Shown: positions 13,972 through 22,325 of the stretch, piece by piece
Layout: each line of letters opens with the position of its first letter
Numbering within the stretch: position 1 is the first letter of the stretch
Source of the DNA: Candidatus Burarchaeum sp.
Lineage (GTDB): Archaea > Micrarchaeota > Micrarchaeia > Burarchaeales > Burarchaeaceae
Direction of reading: 5' to 3'
NCBI GenBank assembly: GCA_030646255.1
Contig: JAUSNF010000014.1
Coordinates: 1 to 25,500 of the forward strand
DNA: 25,500 nucleotides
Translations under genes and position numbers: made by a program
Notes under the pieces: model-generated
Database searches by the model: none
Seen by the model: only the letters and a program-made list of their open reading frames with translations
Told to the model about the DNA's origin: nothing

Positions 13972-15468
13972 ATGCAGGAAGAACTGATGGAAATCGCACT
14001 GAAAAGGAATTTTATGATGCCCTCTAATGAAATTTATGGGCACACGGCGGGCTTCTATGACTACGGCGTGGTAGGGGCCGCGATGAAGAGGAAGATTGAG
14101 AATGCGTGGCGCGAGCTGTTCCTGTGGCGCGAAGGATTTTACGAGATTGAGAGCGCGAGCGTGCTGCCCGAGAATGTGCTGAAGGCCAGCGGGCATGTTG
14201 ATAACTTTGGCGACCCGATGGTGCAGTGCAGGAAGTGCAGGACCAGAGTAAGAGCGGACAAATTGCTCGAGGATGCGCTGAAGAAGAATGTGGAGGGAAT
14301 GAAGCCTGCGGAAATGGATGCACTTGTAAAGGAGAATGGAGTTAAGTGCGGAAAGTGCGGCGGGCAGTATGGCGAGGTTGTGTGGTTTAATCTTATGTTT
14401 GCTACTACTATAGGGGCGGGCGAGGCTGAGAAAGGATATTTGAGGCCTGAGACTGCGCAGGGTATTTTCACTGGCTTTCCGCGCATCTTCCGGGCGCTCG
14501 GCGCAAAGCTGCCGCTGGGTGTGGGGCAGATTGGCAAGAGTTTCAGGAATGAGATTGCGCCGAGGCAGGCTTTGATGAGGCTGCGCGAGTTCACGCAGAT
14601 GGAGCTTGAGTATTTCTTCAATTCCGCTGATGCAAAACACCCGAGGTTTGATGAGGTGAAGGAAAAGAGCGTGAGGGTTAGGAGTGCGGAGATGCAAAAA
14701 AATAATGAAACGGGTGCGCACGAGTTTAGTTGCAGCGAATTAGTTGAGAAGAAAATTGTGCCGAACGAGATTGTTGCGTACTTCATGTACCGCACCGCGC
14801 AGTTCTATGAGGCCGTTGGTTTGAAGAGGGAGAAGTTCTGGTTCAGGCAGCTTTTGCCTAATGAGATGCCGCACTATTCAAAGGGCAACTTTGACGTCGA
14901 GGTTGAGACTAGTTATGGCGTAATTGAGCTCATGGGGCTAGCTTATCGCACGGATTTTGACCTCGCGGGACACGCTAAGGCGAGCTCGCAGGATTTGAGC
15001 GTGCATGTTGAAGGACAGGGAAGAGTTATGCCGCATGTGGTTGAGCCTTCATTCGGAGTTGACAGGTTATTCTGGGCTATTTTGGAGCAGAGTTATAGGA
15101 AGGGAGGCGGGGCTGAGAAGAGAGACTGGAACTGGTTTGATTTTGCGCCCATAGTTGCGCCATTCGACGCGTGCGTGTTCCCGCTCATGAAAAAGGATGG
15201 GCTGTCTGAAAAGGCCGAGGCTTTGACGCAGGTGTTGAGGCACGAGGGGCTGAGCATTTACTATGATGAGAGTGGGAGTATTGGGAAGAGGTACGCAAGG
15301 GCTGATGAAGTGGGCGTGCCTTACTGCATAACTTTTGACTATGAGAGTGCAGAGAAGGGCACTGTTACGATAAGATATAGGAATGACGGGAGGCAGGAGC
15401 GCGTGCCAATCAAGGGGCTGGGCGAGAGAATTAGAGGTTTGATATTGGACGGTAAGACTAGTTTATAG
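13972..15468 (+). CDS. glyS: Glycyl-tRNA synthetase, archaeal/eukaryotic-type class II (alpha2).
   Basis: Class-II motifs are present ('FRNEIAPRQALMRLREFTQMELEYF' and 'GVDRLFWAILEQSY'). The zinc-knuckle insertion 'CRKCRTRV...KCGKCGG' is typical of archaeal GlyRS. The C-terminal anticodon-binding domain is 'PIVAPFDACVFPLMKKDG...GVPYCITFDYES'. A TATA lies 30 nt upstream. Confidence 0.9.
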   Translation: MQEELMEIALKRNFMMPSNEIYGHTAGFYDYGVVGAAMKRKIENAWRELFLWREGFYEIESASVLPENVLKASGHVDNFGDPMVQCRKCRTRVRADKLLEDALKKNVEGMKPAEMDALVKENGVKCGKCGGQYGEVVWFNLMFATTIGAGEAEKGYLRPETAQGIFTGFPRIFRALGAKLPLGVGQIGKSFRNEIAPRQALMRLREFTQMELEYFFNSADAKHPRFDEVKEKSVRVRSAEMQKNNETGAHEFSCSELVEKKIVPNEIVAYFMYRTAQFYEAVGLKREKFWFRQLLPNEMPHYSKGNFDVEVETSYGVIELMGLAYRTDFDLAGHAKASSQDLSVHVEGQGRVMPHVVEPSFGVDRLFWAILEQSYRKGGGAEKRDWNWFDFAPIVAPFDACVFPLMKKDGLSEKAEALTQVLRHEGLSIYYDESGSIGKRYARADEVGVPYCITFDYESAEKGTVTIRYRNDGRQERVPIKGLGERIRGLILDGKTSL

Positions 15469-15475
15469 GGGTTGG

Positions 15476-15507
15476 GCAAAGGGGGCCGAATGCGGTGCCC
15501 CCTTTGC
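15476..15507 (+). terminator. Perfect 11-bp hairpin GCAAAGGGGGC-(10 nt)-GCCCCCTTTGC immediately after the glyS stop, followed by T-rich sequence.
   Basis: The stem is at 15476-15486 and 15497-15507. It sits inside a 44-bp segment flanked by the direct repeat AAGACTAGTTTATAG (15454-15468 and 15513-15527). Confidence 0.45.
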
Positions 15508-15550
15508 ATGGGAAGACTAGTTTATAGTTTGTGAGGCTGCGGGTGAGAGA

Positions 15551-16018
15551 ATGGCGGGCAAAAAATTATCATCTGTGCGCGATTATTTTGATGCGGTTAA
15601 GTGGCCGTCTTTGGTTACTGTAGTTTTGCTGATGGGCGTAAGCTTGGCGCTTTACCGGGTTGAAAGCCTGATGAAGTACAAGGACCAGGTGAATACTGCG
15701 TTCTGGATTTTCCTTCTGATTGTGCCATTCTATGTGGGCTTCAGGCTGGCTTCGCGCGCAGGGGCAGGGCCCTTGCAGGGTGCGCTTGCGGGTGCGCTTT
15801 TCGGCCTAGTTGCTGGAGGGCTCTATTATGGTTTGATTGCTGTGGGTTCATTTGCCGGCCTGTTCGGAGAGCCTGCAGATATTTCAACTGTTGACTGGTC
15901 TGTGCTCGGCACGTTTTTGGGCAAAGAAGTTGGCAATGGGATTGTGAAGTCTGCTGTGATGGGTGCGCTTGGTTTGCTTGTCGGGCTGTTTGTGAGCAAG
16001 ATGAAGGAAGCTGAGTAG
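15551..16018 (+). CDS. Small Gly/Ala-rich membrane protein, hypothetical.
   Basis: Three to four hydrophobic helices are predicted ('LVTVVLLMGVSLALY', 'AFWIFLLIVPFYVGF', 'GALAGALFGLVAGGLYYGLIAVGSFAGLF', 'AVMGALGLLVGLFV'). A TATA 'TTTATAG' lies about 28 nt upstream. Confidence 0.45.
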   Translation: MAGKKLSSVRDYFDAVKWPSLVTVVLLMGVSLALYRVESLMKYKDQVNTAFWIFLLIVPFYVGFRLASRAGAGPLQGALAGALFGLVAGGLYYGLIAVGSFAGLFGEPADISTVDWSVLGTFLGKEVGNGIVKSAVMGALGLLVGLFVSKMKEAE

Positions 16019-16087
16019 ACTGGTTGCGGGGCTGTGCGAGTGCGGAAAGGAATTCGGCTTAAATACCTGAGGCGCTAAATTAGACAT

Positions 16088-16909
16088 ATGGAAGGCGCAG
16101 TCAATCTCAAATTGACAATGGAGAGCGGACAGCCGCCGCACTTCACTTGGAAGAAGGAGGGCAACAAATATTGGAGGCTTATTGACGGGAAGAGGGTTGA
16201 GATTTGGCAGGCAGGGGACAATGTGAAGGTTACGCCGGGCTATGGCTGGGTTGCGCGCAAGCTGCTGCGCGCCGACGATGATTTGGGCAAGGTTTATGCA
16301 CGGCTTATTGATGATGAGCATCTTGCCGAGGCGGTGAGCAGATATTCGGGCCTGCGGCTCACGAAGAGCGAGGCTTGGGAGACTCTTGTGTGCTATATTT
16401 GCTCGGTAAACAGGAATATTCCGCAGATTAGGAAGGATGTGCAGAAGCTCATGCGCGCGGATGGGTGGATGATGGAGCCTGAGGAGCTTGCAAAGGCAAA
16501 GCTGCCTGCCTCGCTGGGCTTCCGCGCAAAATATTTGAGCGAGACTGCGAGAATGGTGGCTGATGGCGAGGTGCACCTTGGCAGGCTGAGCTATTTGACT
16601 TATGAAGAGGCCAAGGAGCAACTGCTGAGGCTGCCGGGCGTTGGGCCGAAGGTTGCTGACTGCGTGCTCTTGTTTGCCTATGGGCGCGATGAGGCGTTTC
16701 CCGCAGATGTTTGGGTGAAGAGGGCGATGCACAAGCTCTATGGCATAAAGGGCGAGAAGAAGATTGGCGAGTATGCAAGGAAGAAGTGGGGCCTGCACGC
16801 AGGTTATGCACAGCAATATCTTTTCATGTATGCGCGCGAGGCGCTGAATGCGAGGCAGGGGAAAGAGGGGAAGAAAAAGGAAGGGTATGAGGTTGTAAGA
16901 AGGAAGTAG
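16088..16909 (+). CDS. ogg: 8-oxoguanine DNA glycosylase/AP lyase (Ogg1-type, HhH-GPD superfamily).
   Basis: The HhH-GPD motif is 'LPGVGPKVADCVLLFAYGRDEAFPADVWVKRAM', with the catalytic Lys and Asp spaced as in Ogg. The N-terminal 'ESGQPPHFTWKK' is the Ogg N-domain G-Q-x-F-x-W signature. A TATA 'TTAAATA' lies about 30 nt upstream. Confidence 0.8.
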   Translation: MEGAVNLKLTMESGQPPHFTWKKEGNKYWRLIDGKRVEIWQAGDNVKVTPGYGWVARKLLRADDDLGKVYARLIDDEHLAEAVSRYSGLRLTKSEAWETLVCYICSVNRNIPQIRKDVQKLMRADGWMMEPEELAKAKLPASLGFRAKYLSETARMVADGEVHLGRLSYLTYEEAKEQLLRLPGVGPKVADCVLLFAYGRDEAFPADVWVKRAMHKLYGIKGEKKIGEYARKKWGLHAGYAQQYLFMYAREALNARQGKEGKKKEGYEVVRRK

Positions 16910-16945
16910 CACGTGAAGAGAAGGTAGTGGGCCGTAGGTTTCTGA

Positions 16946-19900
16946 TTACATAAATGCTTCCAGGTTGAACTGCTTCTCTTTTTCTTCTTCGGGCCTGAAG
17001 ACTGCGCCGATGCTCTGCTCCAAAAGAAGGATGCGCTGGCTCAGGTATGCTGGCAGGTGATAGCGGGCGATGAGCTTTTTCGAGAGCTCCAGGTATTTGG
17101 ATACGCTGCCCTTGCTTATTGTCAGCAAAAGCTTGCCGCCGCAGCCTTCGCGCGTGCATTTGCCCGAGAGCGGCACGCGCCTGTATTTTGTGTTGCATGC
17201 CACGCACCGGAATTCCTGGCGCGAGAAGCGGCTGAGGTTGCCGTACAAATCTGGCAGGAAGTGCGATGTGATTACGCGGCTCGCGGCATCGGCCGCATCC
17301 ACTGCGCGTATCTTGTCGCACAGGTTGAACTGCGCCTCAACCTTCTCAGCCATGCTGCCTATGAGCACATAGGCTGAGCGGAGCGGGGCATCGTGTATTG
17401 AAGAGGCGTGGTGTGTGAAGTTGAGGTTGTAGAATTGTTCGGGCTTGCCGAGCCTGCTTCTTATCTGCTCCACTTCGACCTCGCCGGGCGACTTGCCGGC
17501 CAGCGCGCCCTGGTAGAAGGAGAGCGGGAAGCCGGAGACGCATTCCATGGCGTGCACTTCATCATCAACTTCCTTTGGATCCAGTATGACTGTGAGAACT
17601 ATGGGCGCATCCATCGTGCCGCCGCGCGAGGCTGGAAGGAAGGAGGGCGAAAAGTTCAGCAAAGCGTCCATCAAAAGCATGCACGAATCTTCGTCTCCAT
17701 CGCAGTTTCTTCGACGTGCGCTTATCAAATATGGGTGCGCGTAGCCCACGTTGGCTTTCGTGAAGCCGATTATGCGCGAGAGCACGCCGCACGAGGTGTG
17801 GGGCGAGAGGCCTACGCCAAGGTGGCCGACCAAATCATTGCGGTCCTTTATGTTGTAGAAGGGCTCGACTCCGTAGACTTTGGAGAGCAGGTCGTCAATG
17901 AACTGGGCAGTGCGCGCAAAGTAGTCGCCTCCGTTCTCGCTCAGCAGCAAGTCCTGGGGCATGAGCTCCAGAAGTTGCGTGTCGCTCGTGAGCGGCTTGC
18001 CCTCGTAATCGTGCGTGTAGCTGAGTTCCTTCAGCTTCTCAACGGGCACGCCGACCTCGCGCGGGGTGAAGTGCGTGAGCACCATGTCGGTCGCATCGAA
18101 CCGCACAGTGCCGTCCTTATAAACTGAAATCTTGTGCTTTGCGCGCAGAATGCCTTTCTCAAGCCGCTCGGGAATTTTAGAGGCGCTCATCATGCCCTTC
18201 ACGCCCTTTAGCTCAGCAGGCTCGAATCCGCAGGTTGCTATTGCCTGCTTGAGCAGCGCCTTCACATCCAAGGGCCTTTCATCAGCGCGCAGGGTTTGCG
18301 CGCCGCAGGAGCATGTTTCGCGCGTGCCCGTCTTGCCGCACTTGGCGCAGACGCGCTCCTCGCTCGTGTCCGAACCACATATCGAGCATTTGATGTAGGG
18401 CGTGAGCTCGTTGCACTTCGGGCACTTGCGGCGCGCGAGCTCGACACTGGGCTTGCGCGCATAATTTGTGTCCTTGTAGATTTTCGAGATGCTGCGCGTC
18501 TTGCCCCCGGCCTCGCCTATCGGGAAGAGCACATGGGGCGCGGGCTTCATCTCGCGCTGCTTTGCCTTTTCGGGCCTGCCCATGCGCGCGCCTATGTAGG
18601 TGGGTGCGTAGGGCATTATTTTGATGCCCGCGAGCGCGTTTATGATGTCGAGCACTGGCAGCTTTTCATCGAATTTCTTGTTGAAATCCTCGAGCGAGAG
18701 CGAGCGGCCCTTCAGCAGGCCCATGCTATGCATGAGCGCGAGCGCATTCTCGGCATCCAGCACAATGTCGCCCACCTGCACCTCGTGCGGAATGCATAGG
18801 TCCTCGAGGACCAATTTGGCCGGCGTGGCCTGCACGCGGAGTTCCTTGAGCGTGAAGAAATCATACTTGAGCTTCCCGCTGCCCGCGAGCCAGTCCGCGA
18901 GCTCGGCCAGCTGCGCGCCCGTTATGTCGTGCCAGCGGAAGGTGTAGGCAGGGTGCAGGGGCACGCCGTGCTTTTCACTTATTTTTATTGCATCCGCGGC
19001 TGTCGGCGTTTTCGAAGGAACTTGCGCGCCCTTTTCCTTGAGCTCGAGCGCCCACCATTCCTCGCACCAGGCGCCAGGCAGGAGGGGTTGGTTGGATTTT
19101 GCGAAATCGCCGTATGCTATCAGTATGTCGCCGAGCGCGATCAGGGACTCGACGTCTTTTTTGACTGCGAGTGCCTCTGCATACGTGCTTATCTTGCGCA
19201 CCGAGCCGTTTGTGAGTTTTACAACCGGGCCGTCAATAGAGTCGCAGGCCGCAGCCACGCAGCCCTTGCCCGGCCGTTCGACTTTCATCTGCGTGCCTAT
19301 TGCAATGAAGTCGTCAAGAAGAGTCATGGTTGCCGGATGAATGGCCTTTCCCGCTATGCCTGTTGTGCGGCACCTTCCGTAGCGCAGCCTGAAGCCGCCT
19401 TTTCTGCCTGGGTAGCATAGGATTGGCCTGCCTGCTGCAACATCGTCCAGGTAGAGGTCCGCGCCGCGGCCCGCGTTCTTGCCTTCGCGCTTGCCCACCT
19501 TCACAATGTCCTCGAGCCAGCCCCAGTCGAGAGCAATTTTCTTTGTGAATTTCAGCACTTTTGCAGCCTTCTGGCACGTCTCGCTTATCACGAGGCACAT
19601 GCCTCCGCGCACGCGGTCCCCTTCCATTCTTTCAAGGCCCTTGTGCACAGATACTTCGAGCCTTTTCTCGGTCGGGTCTCCTGTAATCATGATGGGGCAG
19701 TTGCGCACGATTGTCTCGATTTCAGCATCAGTCGGCATGTACTGCAGCCTGATGGCGCGCGCATCGTAGAGGTTGATTTCCTCGACGTAGCGCTCGACCT
19801 CGCTGTCCGTGGGCCTGAAGTCGCTGATGTTGAACTTGCGCCGCGCAATGTCGCCGATTACCACGCTGAGGGCCGCGACTGTGCCGCCGGCTGAGCGGAT

Positions 19901-20332
19901 GGGGCCGGAGAAGTACATGGCCAAATAGTTGGAGCCGTCGGGATTCTCGCGTATTCTTACCTTCGTAATTCCTTCGGTGGGCGCGACCAGCACGCCTTCT
20001 GTGAGAATTGCAACTGCTGTCCTGATGGCCTGCTCAATGAGCTTCTCAGGCTTGCGCTCTTCCTCAGTCTTCGCATATTTGCCATCGAGCACTTCCTTCG
20101 CAACCTCGTAGGCAATCATTTCGAGAGGCATGTCCTTGTGCACGCGTATGCCCGCTGCCACGCCGGGAGGGCCGACAATTCCCTGCACGCGCTCAGCCAC
20201 GTCCCGCGCAGGCAGGATTTCCACTTCGGCGCTCGGGTCAAGGCCCTTCGTGCGCGCCTTGATGGCCTCTATGTAGGCCTTCTCGAAATTGCGCTGGAGC
20301 GATTCATGGTATGCGGGAATGTCGTTTGGCAT
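16946..20332 (-). CDS. polC: DNA polymerase II (PolD) large catalytic subunit DP2, with no intein.
   Basis: The sequence is collinear with Pyrococcus DP2 from 'MPNDIPAYHESLQRNFEKAYIEAIKARTKGLDPSAEVEI' to the C-terminal Zn finger 'CVACNTKYRRVPLSGKCTREGCGGKL'. The start was reassigned to the ATG at 20332. The ORF-track TTG at 20356 adds 8 non-conserved residues. Confidence 0.92.
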   Translation of the reverse strand: MPNDIPAYHESLQRNFEKAYIEAIKARTKGLDPSAEVEILPARDVAERVQGIVGPPGVAAGIRVHKDMPLEMIAYEVAKEVLDGKYAKTEEERKPEKLIEQAIRTAVAILTEGVLVAPTEGITKVRIRENPDGSNYLAMYFSGPIRSAGGTVAALSVVIGDIARRKFNISDFRPTDSEVERYVEEINLYDARAIRLQYMPTDAEIETIVRNCPIMITGDPTEKRLEVSVHKGLERMEGDRVRGGMCLVISETCQKAAKVLKFTKKIALDWGWLEDIVKVGKREGKNAGRGADLYLDDVAAGRPILCYPGRKGGFRLRYGRCRTTGIAGKAIHPATMTLLDDFIAIGTQMKVERPGKGCVAAACDSIDGPVVKLTNGSVRKISTYAEALAVKKDVESLIALGDILIAYGDFAKSNQPLLPGAWCEEWWALELKEKGAQVPSKTPTAADAIKISEKHGVPLHPAYTFRWHDITGAQLAELADWLAGSGKLKYDFFTLKELRVQATPAKLVLEDLCIPHEVQVGDIVLDAENALALMHSMGLLKGRSLSLEDFNKKFDEKLPVLDIINALAGIKIMPYAPTYIGARMGRPEKAKQREMKPAPHVLFPIGEAGGKTRSISKIYKDTNYARKPSVELARRKCPKCNELTPYIKCSICGSDTSEERVCAKCGKTGTRETCSCGAQTLRADERPLDVKALLKQAIATCGFEPAELKGVKGMMSASKIPERLEKGILRAKHKISVYKDGTVRFDATDMVLTHFTPREVGVPVEKLKELSYTHDYEGKPLTSDTQLLELMPQDLLLSENGGDYFARTAQFIDDLLSKVYGVEPFYNIKDRNDLVGHLGVGLSPHTSCGVLSRIIGFTKANVGYAHPYLISARRRNCDGDEDSCMLLMDALLNFSPSFLPASRGGTMDAPIVLTVILDPKEVDDEVHAMECVSGFPLSFYQGALAGKSPGEVEVEQIRSRLGKPEQFYNLNFTHHASSIHDAPLRSAYVLIGSMAEKVEAQFNLCDKIRAVDAADAASRVITSHFLPDLYGNLSRFSRQEFRCVACNTKYRRVPLSGKCTREGCGGKLLLTISKGSVSKYLELSKKLIARYHLPAYLSQRILLLEQSIGAVFRPEEEKEKQFNLEAFM

Positions 20333-20359
20333 TTTGTTCACCGGTATCAATATCAAAAT

Positions 20360-21877
20360 TCACGAGCCGCCTTCGCGGAAGTTCACGAGCTCAAGGCGCG
20401 CATAGCGCGCGTGGTAGATGGGCAGGATGCACGGGCTCGGAATGTGGCCCTGCTGCCTTTGATAGTCTGTTCGGTCCTGCCATGTGCCTGAGTTGAGCAC
20501 CGCGGTGCCGTGGTAGTTCGTGTAGCCGTTCTTGTGTATGTGGCCCATCACGAGAATGTCGGGCACCTCGCCTATGAGCATGAAGTCTTTTTTCTCCGGC
20601 ACGATAGGATTCTCGCCGTAGATGGGTGAGAGGTTGCGCCGCTTCAGGAGCTCGGCCATGGGCTTCTCGGGCTGTGAATAGCTCATGCCGGGCATCGAGG
20701 CTATTATGGAGTCGAGCGATGTGCCGTGGTAGGAGAGGATGCGGAGCTCCTCGATATTAAGAGTGGAAGGCGAGCTCGTGAAGTGCATGTTGCCGCGTGA
20801 CTCACTGCATATCTGCTTCCGCACTTCATCGCTGAAAAGCGGCTGGGGCTCGGCCCTGCGCACCGCATCATGGTTGCCCGGCGCGACCACCACTTCGATG
20901 TAGTCGGGCACGTCTTCCATGAGCTTTCCGAAGAGCGCGTACTGCTCGTAAATGTCTTTTACTACAAGCTCGCGCTCCTGCGTCGGGTAGATGCCCACGC
21001 CATCCACGATGTCTCCTGAAATTACGATGTACTTAATCTTGCCCGCCAGCTCGCGCTCGCGCTCTGTCTTGCAGTCGCCGTTCAGCCAGCGGAGCATGGA
21101 ACGGAACTGGTCCTCGAGAAAGTGGCGGCTGGCCGCGTGTATGTCGGACATGAATGCGATGGAAAGGTCGCGCTCGGCCATCTTGGGCTCGTGTATCGGA
21201 ACGTCGGGCCAGAGGAGCGAGTCTGCGAAGATGAAGGGCGCTGAGACCGAGCCATCGAAGCCCACTACCTCGTCGAGCACGAGCCCGCCCGCGTCTGCGA
21301 AGAGCGCGCGGTTCGAGTCCCTGTTTGTAACGAGCACTTTTACAGTGCCCGTATCATCCTCAATGTCAATCAGTAAATTTCCATTTTTTGTTATGTGCCT
21401 GTTGTTCACTATGCCCGCCACGCGCACCTTCGAGCCTTTCACCATGCCCATCGCGGATGCGATTGACTGGATTGAGTTCTCGCCCGGCCGGGTGTAAAGG
21501 ATTGAGCGCGTGCGCTTGAACCTGTCGTTGAAATATTCCACGAAGTTGTCGAGCGTGCCTAGCCTGGCCTCGGTGGCGCTGAACTCGTTCTCGTGCTGTA
21601 TGCTGAACTCGGAATCATGCTCGGCTGCCAGGGGCTTGAAGTCAGGGGAGCGGTAGACCTCGGCGGGCATTGGGATTTTGTTTTCTTCCGGCTGCTGCTG
21701 CGCGTATTTTTGCACCAGCTCGCCCGTGATTATGAATGCGTCCTTCTCGCCCTCCACGAGCTTGCGCGCTACGCTCACGCTGTCGTCAAGCTTCTCAAGC
21801 ATCTGCGCCGCATCTGCGCCGAGCCGCATGCCCGCATCGCCGATTATCCGCAGTACCTCTTCGTTTACCAACACTAA
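20360..21877 (-). CDS. polB: DNA polymerase II (PolD) small subunit DP1 (Mre11-like calcineurin phosphoesterase, 3'-5' exonuclease).
   Basis: The phosphoesterase motifs are 'FMSDIHAAS', 'GDIVDGVG' and 'APGNHD'. The N-terminus 'LVNEEVLRIIGDAGMRLGADAAQML' aligns with the Pyrococcus DP1 N-terminus 'MDELVKALERAGYLLTPSAYYLL'. The probable start is therefore the GTG at 21877, preceded by GAGG. The longer ORF to 21982 would contain its own TATA box (TTTAAAT at 21928-21934). Confidence 0.85.
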   Translation of the reverse strand, partial: LVLVNEEVLRIIGDAGMRLGADAAQMLEKLDDSVSVARKLVEGEKDAFIITGELVQKYAQQQPEENKIPMPAEVYRSPDFKPLAAEHDSEFSIQHENEFSATEARLGTLDNFVEYFNDRFKRTRSILYTRPGENSIQSIASAMGMVKGSKVRVAGIVNNRHITKNGNLLIDIEDDTGTVKVLVTNRDSNRALFADAGGLVLDEVVGFDGSVSAPFIFADSLLWPDVPIHEPKMAERDLSIAFMSDIHAASRHFLEDQFRSMLRWLNGDCKTERERELAGKIKYIVISGDIVDGVGIYPTQERELVVKDIYEQYALFGKLMEDVPDYIEVVVAPGNHDAVRRAEPQPLFSDEVRKQICSESRGNMHFTSSPSTLNIEELRILSYHGTSLDSIIASMPGMSYSQPEKPMAELLKRRNLSPIYGENPIVPEKKDFMLIGEVPDILVMGHIHKNGYTNYHGTAVLNSGTWQDRTDYQRQQGHIPSPCILPIYHARYARLELVNFREGGS

Positions 21878-21927
21878 CGCCTCGACCTTGGACTTGCCGC
21901 TACTCCCGGCAAAATTTGGGCCGCAAA

Positions 21928-21934
21928 GATTTAA
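21928..21934 (-). promoter_or_regulatory. TATA box (TTTAAAT on the minus strand) for the DP1-DP2 operon. It lies inside the over-extended DP1 ORF.
   Basis: It is about 50 nt upstream of the reassigned GTG start. This spacing fits a TSS about 25 nt downstream of the TATA plus a leader of about 27 nt carrying a GAGG Shine-Dalgarno. Confidence 0.45.
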
Positions 21935-22006
21935 ACATGTGATTGCTTGCTGCCGTTTGCGCCGTATGCGCTGCGCTAGCATCTGAAAAAATGCACCTCG
22001 CCGGCT

Positions 22007-22261
22007 TCACTCGCCCCTTATCTGCTCGAGCGCGCTCACAATGGTCCATATCTGCGTGCGCGCGTGCATGGGCATGTTGATGTCCTCGCTCACTTCATTG
22101 AGCAGGTAGACTGCCGAACTGGCGCGCACTACGGGCTCGTCCTTGGTCTGCAGCTTTAGCCTGGCATCAGAAACAGCTTTGCGGACGTTCTTCGGAACGC
22201 TCGAGTCCTCGACGAGCATTTCCATAAGTTTTACAATCTGCGCTATTTTTTCCTCGACCAT
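22007..22261 (-). CDS. UPF0147-family small conserved archaeal protein.
   Basis: The 84-aa protein has the pattern 'LVEDSSVPKNVRKAVSDA...LNEVSEDINMPMHARTQIWTIVSALEQI'. This matches the UPF0147 signature (ed.svP.nvR..a......L.....D.N.P...Rt.iw.i.s.LE). It lies 24 nt upstream of the DP1 ORF. Confidence 0.6.
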   Translation of the reverse strand: MVEEKIAQIVKLMEMLVEDSSVPKNVRKAVSDARLKLQTKDEPVVRASSAVYLLNEVSEDINMPMHARTQIWTIVSALEQIRGE

Positions 22262-22325
22262 ATAATCGCCTACAGGTGAAATGCATTGTTGGTGTTAGTG
22301 CATGTGGGGGTTTAAAAGGATTTAA

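Noticed and set aside
13726-14721. N-terminal third of the 1025-aa minus-strand ORF, and the overlapping ORFs 14024..14323 and 14139..14795.
   Set aside because: They have low-complexity composition, are antisense to the well-supported glyS gene and cross an obvious bidirectional promoter. A canonical start with RBS exists at 13725.
17057-20111. Numerous 60-240-aa plus-strand ORFs (for example 17408..18127 and 18296..18799) inside the DP2 region.
   Set aside because: They are antisense to a highly conserved PolD DP2 coding sequence. Their Arg/Ala/Gly-rich composition is typical of GC-rich antisense frames. No start signals are present.
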